DNA of 64,000 nt from an uncultured Lachnospiraceae bacterium (GTDB lineage: Bacteria; Bacillota; Clostridia; Lachnospirales; Lachnospiraceae), in NCBI GenBank assembly GCA_947652925.1, contig CANTEW010000009.1, positions 206-64,205 on the forward strand. Reading direction: 5' to 3'. Position 1 is the stretch's first letter; every line of letters starts with the position of its first letter. This document shows positions 27,941 to 36,144 of the stretch, in pieces. Position numbers and translations under genes: made by a program. The notes below the pieces were generated by a model that worked only from the letters and a program-made list of their open reading frames with translations, was not told the DNA's origin and made no database searches.

Positions 27941-30559
27941 ATGAAAGAATGGTTGGGATCTAAGATAGGAAAAGGTGTGGGTATAGGAGTCTCCTGTCTG
28001 GCTGCGGCCGGGCTGGTGGTCAGCCTGCTGTGGATGGCGGCAGTCTCTTTCGTAGAGCCGGCAGACTTACTGCTGGATAAAGGGGACAGGAGTTTTTTTG
28101 TGAGCGGTACATTCCGTGGTCTACTGCGGCAGCATATCCGTCAGGAACTGGAGTTTTATGGCGAGATGTGGGTATTGAGCCCGTCCGGAGAGATCGATCA
28201 GGATATACTGGTGGACGTCCTTGATCTTGACGAACAGTCCAAGATCACCGGGAAAAATGTGAACGGACTGGCTTATACGCTGGGGGATCTGCTGGATTGG
28301 GGCAGAGAACGGGTCCAAACGAGCGGCTTGTCTGCGGAGAGGATCCTGGTCTGTGAGACGCCTTATGGAGACATACAATATCACTACATGAAAGACCTGC
28401 TCAAACAGGTTGAGAGAGGAGAGCTGATCTTCCAATGGGATAATGGACAGGCGGTGGAGCAGAGTACAGCACAGACAAGCGACCAGGATCTTATGGACAG
28501 ATGGGAGAGTACAGTGACTCAGGAGTATTATTATGGGGATGTGGTCTATGGAGAGGAGGCGTCGGTCTATCCGGACCGGGTGACCGACAAACAGGGGAAT
28601 ACTGTCTATACACACCTCTCCCTCTATACCGGCTATCAGATTAAAGAGACATACTTTCCCCAGGGAGCGGACAGCCTGCTGGATGTAGTCAACCAGATGG
28701 GATGGGATCTGAGCTATATATCCGAATGTGTGTCGCGGACTGTTGAGGAGGCAGCCCGGCGGGTAGAGACTTTTGAGGCGGAAAAAAATGAACGTCCGCA
28801 GGATTCTAATGTGCAGTATCTCTATGTGGATCTGGATGGGAAACGTGCATTTTCCAATAAAAGGGAACTGGAGGATTTTAAAGGATGGAAAGAGACTCTG
28901 GACAGATTCCGCCAGATAGGTGACTACACGATATTGACAAAAGGGACACAAGGCACAGCATGTGACAGCAATATGTCCGGCAGTGAAGAGACCTGGCGGC
29001 ATTGGGTGGAGACGGATCTGGCAGATACGCCTCTTGGGATGGATGATTATGTATTTGCCGTGGCCATAGATCCCGGCCTGCCTGTCCAGGACTGGCTGTA
29101 TACAGAGAAGACTGCTTTCCACAGGAATGTGAGCGTCCTGAAGCAGGCCATCGGCGTAGGGATCGCCAGTGCGGTCCTGTTCCTGGCATCCCTCATATGG
29201 CTCACTCTGTCTGCAGGGCGCAGTGAAAAAAGGGGACAAGTGGCCTTAAATTTCTTTGACATGTGGAAAACAGAAGTCTCTGCGCTTTTGGTAGTGATCG
29301 TCTGGGGATGTCTGCTGGCGTTTTATACGGAGACAGGTATCCTTGGAGCTGGCGTTTTTTCAGAATATCTGAGGTCGGGTCCTGTCTCGGACGTGCAGAT
29401 CCAGTTTTATATATGTTTGGTCGGGGCGTTGGTCGTGGTCACAGATCTGTTCTTCCTGTGGGGGTATCTGAGCCTGGTGCGCAGGTGTAAGGCACGGACA
29501 TTGTGGAAAAACAGTATCCTGCGCGTGCTGCTGTGCCAGGGAAAGAGGACGTTCCTCGCATTGAAAGATATCCCCAGGAAAGCGGCGGCGTTGGGTGTGT
29601 TCTTGGCTATCCAGGCATTCTTTGTCTTATTGGTGGTAAGCGGGGGCGGCGGCTTTGCATTCTTCTGCTTGTTCTTGACCCAGGCGGCAGGCGTTGGATG
29701 GATCGTGAAAGTGGCGCTGGAGTACCAGAAGATCAAAAAAGGTGTGGAGAAGATCGCGGGAGGGGATATGTCCTGGCAGATCCCCGAACAGGGGCTGACC
29801 TTTGACAGGAAGACCCTGGCGCAGGATATCAACCGTATCGGTGAAGGACTTGATAAAGCGGTGGAGGAGAGTCTGCGCAGCGAGAGGCTGAAGACGGAAT
29901 TGATCACCAATGTCTCCCATGATATCAAGACGCCGCTCACATCCATCATCAACTATGTGGACCTTTTGCAGAGAGAACAGTTTTCGGATGAAAAGATACA
30001 GGGTTACCTAGATATCCTGGAGAAAAAATCCCAGCAGTTAAAGACATTGACAGAGGATGTGGTAGAAGCTTCGAAAGCCAGCACCGGGAATCTGAGATTA
30101 GACTATGAAGATCTTGATCTGGTGGAGATGATCCTCCAGGTAAACGGTGAATTTCAGGAAAAATTCAGCCAGCAGGAACTGGAACTGATCCAGCATCTCC
30201 CCGATGATCCGGTGGTGATCCGGGCAGACGGGCGGCGCGTGTGGCGTATATTGGAGAATATCTATCAGAATGTATACAAATATGCCATGCCGCACACAAG
30301 GGTATACGTGGGATTGGAGACAGGCGGGCTCAAAGCTGTCTTTACTATGAAAAACATATCCCAACAGCCTTTGGATATCTCGGCGGATGAACTGACAGAG
30401 CGTTTTATCCGGGGGGACAGCGCCCGGAACAGCCAGGGCAGCGGTCTGGGCCTGTCCATAGCGAAAAGCCTGACAGAGCTGCAGTCCGGGGAATTTAAAC
30501 TTTATCTGGACGGCGATCTGTTCAAAGTATGGATCTCCTTCTCTTTAAACAGACCTTGA
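27941..30559 (+). CDS. Sensor histidine kinase with a ~390-aa extracytoplasmic N-terminal domain and several extra TM helices
   Basis: It has the H box (VSHDIKTPLTSI), N box (NIYQNVYKYA) and G box (GSGLGLSIAKSL). One TM lies near the N-terminus and the next at about residue 430. The start is 27932 or 27941. Confidence 0.85.
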   Translation: MKEWLGSKIGKGVGIGVSCLAAAGLVVSLLWMAAVSFVEPADLLLDKGDRSFFVSGTFRGLLRQHIRQELEFYGEMWVLSPSGEIDQDILVDVLDLDEQSKITGKNVNGLAYTLGDLLDWGRERVQTSGLSAERILVCETPYGDIQYHYMKDLLKQVERGELIFQWDNGQAVEQSTAQTSDQDLMDRWESTVTQEYYYGDVVYGEEASVYPDRVTDKQGNTVYTHLSLYTGYQIKETYFPQGADSLLDVVNQMGWDLSYISECVSRTVEEAARRVETFEAEKNERPQDSNVQYLYVDLDGKRAFSNKRELEDFKGWKETLDRFRQIGDYTILTKGTQGTACDSNMSGSEETWRHWVETDLADTPLGMDDYVFAVAIDPGLPVQDWLYTEKTAFHRNVSVLKQAIGVGIASAVLFLASLIWLTLSAGRSEKRGQVALNFFDMWKTEVSALLVVIVWGCLLAFYTETGILGAGVFSEYLRSGPVSDVQIQFYICLVGALVVVTDLFFLWGYLSLVRRCKARTLWKNSILRVLLCQGKRTFLALKDIPRKAAALGVFLAIQAFFVLLVVSGGGGFAFFCLFLTQAAGVGWIVKVALEYQKIKKGVEKIAGGDMSWQIPEQGLTFDRKTLAQDINRIGEGLDKAVEESLRSERLKTELITNVSHDIKTPLTSIINYVDLLQREQFSDEKIQGYLDILEKKSQQLKTLTEDVVEASKASTGNLRLDYEDLDLVEMILQVNGEFQEKFSQQELELIQHLPDDPVVIRADGRRVWRILENIYQNVYKYAMPHTRVYVGLETGGLKAVFTMKNISQQPLDISADELTERFIRGDSARNSQGSGLGLSIAKSLTELQSGEFKLYLDGDLFKVWISFSLNRP

Positions 30560-30574
30560 TATATATCTTCGCCT

Positions 30575-30595
30575 GGAGGGTGTTTGAAAACCCTC
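30575..30595 (+). repeat. Solo end-like motif of the MITE family, here self-pairing (GAGGG-TGTTTGAAAA-CCCTC)
   Basis: GGAGGGTGTTTGAAAACCCTC lies 16 nt after the kinase stop and shares GTGTTTGAAAA with the element ends. The same variant in reverse orientation is at 42991..43013. Confidence 0.4.
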
Positions 30596-30766
30596 TGGAT
30601 CCTGTAGATAATACGAACATTTGGTACGATCCACGGTCGCTCAGGCACCCCAACAACGCACTTCTATAAGGGATAATGGAAATTTCGGAATGATCCCTGT
30701 TGAAATTAGTACTAAATAGGACTATAATACGCTATATATAATACTTCAATAAAAAGGGGGTGCAGT

Positions 30767-31183
30767 ATGGATCGCAAAGATCCTGTTTTTGATCTTTATT
30801 CAGTTTGGGCGCAAGGAACAGCCTTGTATGGGAAATGGGCATCATCACATGGGATAAGTTATACGGAATTATCTATCCTCTACGCATTGTCGCACATGGG
30901 GGCTGTAACGCAAAAGACAATATGCGAGTTGTATGGTCTCCCAAAACAAACTGTCCATAACAGCGTGAGCGATCTGGAAAAGAGGGGCTATATTAGATCC
31001 GAGATAAATGAAAGTGATAAGAGAGAGAAGATGCTCTCTTTTACTGGACCGGGGGACAGATATTGCCAGTCCACGTTATCTCCTCTTTTTGAGATTGAGG
31101 AATATATCTGCAGAAATATCGACCAAGATAGATTGTTTAATACTCTGTTTGAAAAGGAAATGGAAAGGAGCCAAAAAGAATGA
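30767..31183 (+). CDS. MarR-family transcriptional regulator
   Basis: 138 aa with ELSILYALSHMGAVTQKTICELYGLPKQTVHNSVSDLEKRGYI...DKREKMLSFTGPG. Confidence 0.75.
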   Translation: MDRKDPVFDLYSVWAQGTALYGKWASSHGISYTELSILYALSHMGAVTQKTICELYGLPKQTVHNSVSDLEKRGYIRSEINESDKREKMLSFTGPGDRYCQSTLSPLFEIEEYICRNIDQDRLFNTLFEKEMERSQKE

Positions 31184-31419
31184 AAGGAGAAACTCCAAAG
31201 CATTTTTGCAGCTGTCCTGTCACACAATGTCCCCGACATCCGCTTAACCATGATGAGGGATGTGATCTGTGTATAAAGGACAATCTTGAAAAAGGGAAAA
31301 TGCCGGCCTGTATGTTCAAGGCTGTCAGTGAGGACGTGAGCGATGCCAAAGACTGGACCATAAAAGGGTTTGTAGATTTTTACTTAGAACATGACAAAGA
31401 GGATGATCTTGCAGAATGA
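31180..31419 (+). CDS. Small cysteine-rich protein (possibly DUF6485-like), translationally coupled to the MarR gene
   Basis: ATGA overlap at 31180-31183. The 79-aa protein has CSCPVTQCPRH...GCDLC...MPAC (6 Cys + His). Confidence 0.5.
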   Translation: MKGETPKHFCSCPVTQCPRHPLNHDEGCDLCIKDNLEKGKMPACMFKAVSEDVSDAKDWTIKGFVDFYLEHDKEDDLAE

Positions 31420-31526
31420 AAGACTGACCACGTGTATCCGCACGAAGATGACGGTGCCAGCCCCCGCCACGGCTGCGCTCTTATGAACGCGGGCTGACCG
31501 GCGGGGCTGTGCCCTTGCTGAGAGAT

Positions 31527-32444
31527 CTAACTTGCGGGATTCACATGTATCATCACATGCTTTACTTTTGGAAAATCCCGCTCGATCTTTTCATGTATTT
31601 TTTCTGCGACTTCATGTGCTTTCTCCAAGGTATATGTCGCATCCACTGCGATCTCCAGATCCACATAGATCTTATTGCCAAAAATACGGCTCTGGAGCAG
31701 GTCGATCCCAAGCACATCTTCATGTCCTATGACACAGTCATAGATCGCTCTTTCTGTATCTTCGTCTCCGGAATGGTCTACCATCTTATCCAGGGCGTCC
31801 TTAAAAATGTCAAAAGCGGCTTTCATGATAAATGCAAAAATGGCCAGGCTCGCCACTGCGTCCATGACAGGGAAACCCATCCTTGAGCCGGCGATACCGA
31901 TAAGCGCGCCAATGGAAGAAAAAGCATCCGAACGGTGATGCCATGCATCCGCCATCAATGCGGATGAATCGATCTGTTTTGCATAATGCCGTGTATACCA
32001 GTACATCCCTTCTTTTGCGGCGATGGATACCACAGCCGCGATAAGCGCCAGTATCCCAGGTGTTTCCAGGCTCTCATAATTTTTTTCCAGGATGTCCTGC
32101 AGCGCTTGGATCCCGATCCCTGCCCCTGTGATGAACAGTACTGCGGACAAAAGGATAGCCGCTACGCATTCCATACGTTCATGACCGTATGGATGTTCCT
32201 TGTCTGCTTCCTGGACAGAGAATCCTATGCCTATCATGACGACGATCGTGCTGAACACATCCGAAGCGGAATGGATCGCATCGCTGATCATTGCATTGGA
32301 ATTGGCGATGATCCCTGCCAACAGCTTGAAACCGGACAATAATGCATTCAAGATGATCGAGACTGCAGATACTTTGTTTGCGGTTTTTTTTGAATGATCG
32401 TCTACCGCTCGGTCTTTTCTTTCTGTGTTCCTGTTTTTTTTCAT
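31527..32444 (-). CDS. Cation diffusion facilitator (CzcD/FieF-like) metal efflux transporter
   Basis: 305 aa with the TM2/TM5 metal-site motifs (SDAIHSASD and ADAWHHRSD) and a cytoplasmic C-terminal domain. RBS AGGAGG is upstream. Confidence 0.9.
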   Translation of the reverse strand: MKKNRNTERKDRAVDDHSKKTANKVSAVSIILNALLSGFKLLAGIIANSNAMISDAIHSASDVFSTIVVMIGIGFSVQEADKEHPYGHERMECVAAILLSAVLFITGAGIGIQALQDILEKNYESLETPGILALIAAVVSIAAKEGMYWYTRHYAKQIDSSALMADAWHHRSDAFSSIGALIGIAGSRMGFPVMDAVASLAIFAFIMKAAFDIFKDALDKMVDHSGDEDTERAIYDCVIGHEDVLGIDLLQSRIFGNKIYVDLEIAVDATYTLEKAHEVAEKIHEKIERDFPKVKHVMIHVNPAS

Positions 32445-32535
32445 ATCAGTTACCTCCTAAGGTTAAAATATTAAAGATAACTCGATGACACTCACAGGTC
32501 CATAGTATTTTATGTAAAAAAATAAAAATGAAGAT

Positions 32536-32675
32536 AAAAAAACACGGACCAGTATTATTAGTAACTACTGTCCCGTGGATGAAAGACCCACTGCCGTTCT
32601 CATGGCCCGACTCCATAGCAAGATGCCATTGGTCTGCTCAGTTTGTACTGTAGATTGATATGCAGTGCAAAGAGT
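32536..32675 (-). promoter_or_regulatory. Structured 5' leader with an intrinsic terminator; candidate NiCo (czcD-motif) metal riboswitch
   Basis: On the minus strand, ~100 nt carry repeated junction-like strings (CUACAGUAC, CUGAGCAGACC, ACGGCAGUGGGUCU, CACGGGACAGUAG) and local helices (AUGGCA/UGCUAU, AGACC/GGUCU). A terminator follows: GGACAGTA...TACTGGTCC then GTGTTTTTTT (32536-32574). Its 5' arm overlaps the GGGACAG string. The context is upstream of a CDF exporter in a Clostridia genome. Confidence 0.45.
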
Positions 32676-32682
32676 TGGGCTT

Positions 32683-32711
32683 ATGCTATCATACATACGG
32701 CGTGTTGTCAA
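32683..32711 (-). promoter_or_regulatory. Sigma-A-type promoter for the leader and CDF gene
   Basis: Minus strand: TTGACA (32711-32706), a 17-nt spacer, then TAGCAT (32688-32683) preceded by TGA (extended -10 like). Confidence 0.45.
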
Positions 32712-32725
32712 TGGATTTTTTTGAT

Positions 32726-33403
32726 CTATATCACAGATCTTATCACAAACCATAGGATGGGTACGAAAAGGCTTGGGAGCATGTTCAGTGCCTTACAGTC
32801 TTTGATCCCTAAGATAGAAAGACCGGAGCTGAAGATCAGGACGCCGCCCACGATAGATATCTCAGTCATCAGTTCCGGAGAGATGAATCCGGAGAGCAGC
32901 CCTGCAGACAAGTAGATGCTCCCCTGCCACAGGAATAAGACCACGGCCGCCAGTGCCATCCCGATCCCGTATGTGGAGGCCAGTACCATGGAGGTGACAA
33001 GATCCAGGGTTGCGTTGGTGAAGAGGTATGTATGGTCGTTGTTTAACGCGCTCTGGATGGGACCCAGGATGGACAGGGTGCCGATACAGTAGAGTAAGAT
33101 CCCTGTGGAAAGCCCCTGTCCCAGATCTGAATGAGAAAACCTCCCCACAAAAGAATGGAATCTCCCGTCCAGATCCGCCATAGTCCCCAGGAGACTCCCA
33201 AGTGCCAGGCTCAGGATAAAAAGGACGGGATACTTGCTGTCCGGCATGTTCCCCACCACGGCGTTGATCCCCAATACAGATGCCGCTAGTCCCATGGCAT
33301 TGTAAAGGGCGCCCTGGTATCTTTCTTTGATCCCTTTTCTGATCAAACTCCCTATCAGACTCCCTGCGAGAATAGTGCCAGTATTGACGATCGTCCCTAT
33401 CAT
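32726..33403 (-). CDS. DUF554-family membrane protein (YqgA-like)
   Basis: Start at 33403 (MIGTIVNTGTILAGSLIGS) after AGGAGG. About 225 aa, very hydrophobic. Confidence 0.7.
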   Translation of the reverse strand: MIGTIVNTGTILAGSLIGSLIRKGIKERYQGALYNAMGLAASVLGINAVVGNMPDSKYPVLFILSLALGSLLGTMADLDGRFHSFVGRFSHSDLGQGLSTGILLYCIGTLSILGPIQSALNNDHTYLFTNATLDLVTSMVLASTYGIGMALAAVVLFLWQGSIYLSAGLLSGFISPELMTEISIVGGVLIFSSGLSILGIKDCKALNMLPSLFVPILWFVIRSVI

Positions 33404-33731
33404 ATGGATGCCTCCTTGATCTTTTATGTTCATTTCATAGTCTCTTTACATTCTATTCTCTGCGGAGGTTTTTTTCAAGTTTGGATGATAGTTTTTTTAG
33501 ATACTGTCCTCATTCTTTATGGATATACATCCTTACCATAGCAGATCCCCCGTCAGCAGATCCCCCATCTTCTCGGATCATGTAGAGAGATCTCCGACAG
33601 GGCGCCGGCTATGCCGTTGCACCGCGCAGACATTAGGCGCGAGGTCTTTTCTATCTGTTGATCGGACTATTTCATGATCTATTTAGTCCGTATCTCCTTT
33701 CTGATCCTGCTGCGTATCATATATCCCGATC

Positions 33732-33953
33732 CTATAAAGCGGACTCCACATCTGCAACTGTGATCAATGCGTTACGCTGTAAATACTGCATTGCTTTCAG
33801 TGCATAGTCATGTGCTTCTGTACTGGAACCGCAGCAAGCGTCCGTTACCACCTTAAAATGGTGATCGTGCTGGTGTTTATCCTCCGTCATCTCTTTAAGA
33901 TCTTCCTGTTGGATGTCGATGACAAGTAATGCACTTCTTTTTTTGATTTTCAT
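33732..33953 (-). pseudogene. Isochorismatase/cysteine-hydrolase-family relic with an internal in-frame deletion
   Basis: The 73-aa ORF joins a family N-terminus (KRSALLVIDIQQ) directly to a family C-terminus (KVVTDACCGSSTEAHDYALKAMQ...ITVADV). The ~100 central residues of normal ~180-aa members are missing. Its 5' end overlaps the 3' end of the MATE gene. Confidence 0.5.
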
Positions 33954-35274
33954 GAGCGTTTGTTCCTTTCTCTTTGTATTTATTTTTATATATCACATAT
34001 CCGGATAATGAGACTATAGATTCTGTTATCGGATAAGTAAGCCAGACGCCTGTCATTTTCCACAGAGCAGACAGCAGAAATGCCATAGGGACGATCAAGA
34101 CCAGCCCTCTTAGTACCGAAAGGATATGGGCTGGCAGCGCCTTTTCTATCGAAGTAAAAAAGGTTGCTAAAATGATATTATATCCAACAAACGGGTTAGA
34201 TATAAAATATGATCTTAATCCCATTACAGAGATCTGTTGCAGCTCCATATTGTGCTCACTATTGAAAACAGCGGTGATCGGCTCTGCGAAGGCAAAAATG
34301 GATAAATAAATGATGCCGGACAAGGATAGCATCGTTACTAAAGCGTATTGGAGTATCGTCCTTGCCTGTCTGTTATCCCCGACACCATAAAGACCACTGA
34401 TCAATGGTTGGATGCCCTGTGCGATACCCGTATAGATGGCAACGATCACAAGAGAGATATTCGCGACTACTCCATAAGCGGCAACTCCTGTATTCCCCGC
34501 CACTTTTAATATGATCGTATTAAAAGTGATCATCGTGATCCCAGAAGAAAGCTGAGCGATCAGGGACGGAAAACCTAATGATAGCTCCTGCTTTATGATA
34601 TATATCCTTATCTTTGTTTTTACAAAATGGAACGTATTTTTATTTCTCATCCAGTGAGGGAGCATCATAAGGATACTGATGATCGATGATGATCCCGTAG
34701 CAAAAATGGCCCCGAAGATCCCCATCCTCAATGGAAAGATAAAGATATGATCTAATATGATATTGGAAAAACTCCCAAACAACATAGCGATCATGGAAAG
34801 CTGCGGACTGCCGTCGTTTCTTACAAAACAAAGCAGTACATCGTTCAGGATAAAAGCAGGTGAAAAAAGCAGCAGCCAATACAGATAAGTATCGGTCATT
34901 TCCAATATGTGCATATCTGCGCCTAAGAGCATTGCCAGCTGATCGGAAAAGAAGAGACCTATCAAGACAAATGCTGCTGAAAAGATCACAGCGAGATATA
35001 TTGTATTTGTATAGACCCGGTCAACTTCCGCATCCCTTTCCTGACTCTTACAGACTGAAAATCTTGTTGCACCGCCCATACCCAGCATAAGACCTGTTCC
35101 ATGGATAAAATTATATACAGGAACAGCAAGATTTAAAGCGGTAAGACCATTTGTTCCCAATCCTTTTGATACAAAAAATGTATCGGCTAATATGTAGCAG
35201 GATACCCCCAATGTCCCTAAAACACTTAAGGTCGTATAATGGGCAAAATCCCGCATACAAGACTTTTGTTCCAT
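33895..35274 (-). CDS. MATE-family efflux transporter
   Basis: Start at 35274 (MEQKSCMRDFAHYTTLSVLGTLGVSCYILADTFFVSKGLGTNGLTALN) after GGAAGGAG. About 12 TM segments. Confidence 0.85.
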   Translation of the reverse strand: MEQKSCMRDFAHYTTLSVLGTLGVSCYILADTFFVSKGLGTNGLTALNLAVPVYNFIHGTGLMLGMGGATRFSVCKSQERDAEVDRVYTNTIYLAVIFSAAFVLIGLFFSDQLAMLLGADMHILEMTDTYLYWLLLFSPAFILNDVLLCFVRNDGSPQLSMIAMLFGSFSNIILDHIFIFPLRMGIFGAIFATGSSSIISILMMLPHWMRNKNTFHFVKTKIRIYIIKQELSLGFPSLIAQLSSGITMITFNTIILKVAGNTGVAAYGVVANISLVIVAIYTGIAQGIQPLISGLYGVGDNRQARTILQYALVTMLSLSGIIYLSIFAFAEPITAVFNSEHNMELQQISVMGLRSYFISNPFVGYNIILATFFTSIEKALPAHILSVLRGLVLIVPMAFLLSALWKMTGVWLTYPITESIVSLSGYVIYKNKYKEKGTNAHENQKKKCITCHRHPTGRS

Positions 35275-35558
35275 ATATCCGCTCCTTCCTAAGATCAAAA
35301 AAATAGCGTCAGAGCTTTCTATCTCCAAAGGCCTAACGATAGAAAGTCTGACGCTGGATCCCTTACCCGGCGGCAAGAAATGTCAATTGATATTTTCATG
35401 TATTATACAATGGAAAAGTGAAAAAATCAATAACAAGATCCTATTTATTTTTACGCTCGATACTCTCTTACGGGATGTTTTTCCTCCAGGGGTGCTTTTT
35501 TTCCTATCATTGTGGACAAGAGGGTGCATTTTCTGCTATGATGGATAACAGTGATCTC

Positions 35559-35698
35559 CACGTCAACTGTACGCCCCACTTTGCGGTATATCTGCCCCCT
35601 TATCCAGTTGCCGTAGCCCGCTACGCCACCTTCATTCGAGGCAGATCTCCCACAGATTGTGACGCACGGTTGACATAAAGCATTTTTAAGACACATTC
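35559..35698 (-). mobile_element. MITE-like element copy (reverse orientation, one end decayed)
   Basis: 35571-35698 is close to the reverse complement of 42655-42770 (e.g. CCCCACTTTGCGGTATATCTGCCCC...GTTGCCGTAGCCCGCTACGCC...CGGTTGACATAAAGCATTTTT). The end is degenerate (AAGACACATTC versus CAAACACACTC) and the other end is not recognisable. Confidence 0.7.
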
Positions 35699-35723
35699 TA
35701 GATGAGAACGGAGGGGATAGAGA

Positions 35724-36041
35724 ATGGCAACGACAAAAGGATTCCACGACCATGTTTTGGAACATCTCCAAAAAGTTGGCGATGTCACCACAAAGAGGAT
35801 GATGGGAGAGTACTGTGTCTATTACAATGGGAGGCTTGTCGGGAATATCTGTGATGATACATTGTTCTTCAAGCCCACAAGAGCGGCGTTGCGTGCATTG
35901 CCGGATGCAGAACGGGGCTATCCCTATGAAGGGTCGAAAAGCCTGATGATCATTGTGGATGATATAGAGGATACGGAGCTGATGGGTAAAGTGCTGGAGG
36001 AGATGTATGACGAACTGCCAATGCCAAAGAAGAGAAAATAA
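35724..36041 (+). CDS. TfoX/Sxy N-terminal-domain protein
   Basis: 105 aa. VTTKRMMGEYCVYYNGRLVGNICDDTLFFKPT matches the TfoX_N pattern. Confidence 0.65.
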   Translation: MATTKGFHDHVLEHLQKVGDVTTKRMMGEYCVYYNGRLVGNICDDTLFFKPTRAALRALPDAERGYPYEGSKSLMIIVDDIEDTELMGKVLEEMYDELPMPKKRK

Positions 36042-36144
36042 GGATTTTATAGTAAGATCAAAATATCTGATAATATGATTGACATATATGATGAAAAAAG
36101 GTACAGTTAAACAGGAGAATGAAAGCAGGTCATAAGGGGAAAAT

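Noticed and set aside
31458-31509. GC-rich long-range inverted repeat (CAGCCCCCGCC ... GGCGGGGCTG) between the convergent Cys-rich-protein and CDF genes, as a bidirectional terminator.
   Set aside because: The loop is ~31 nt and there is no U tract on either strand. It may still act as a terminator or be a sequence relic, but the evidence is insufficient.
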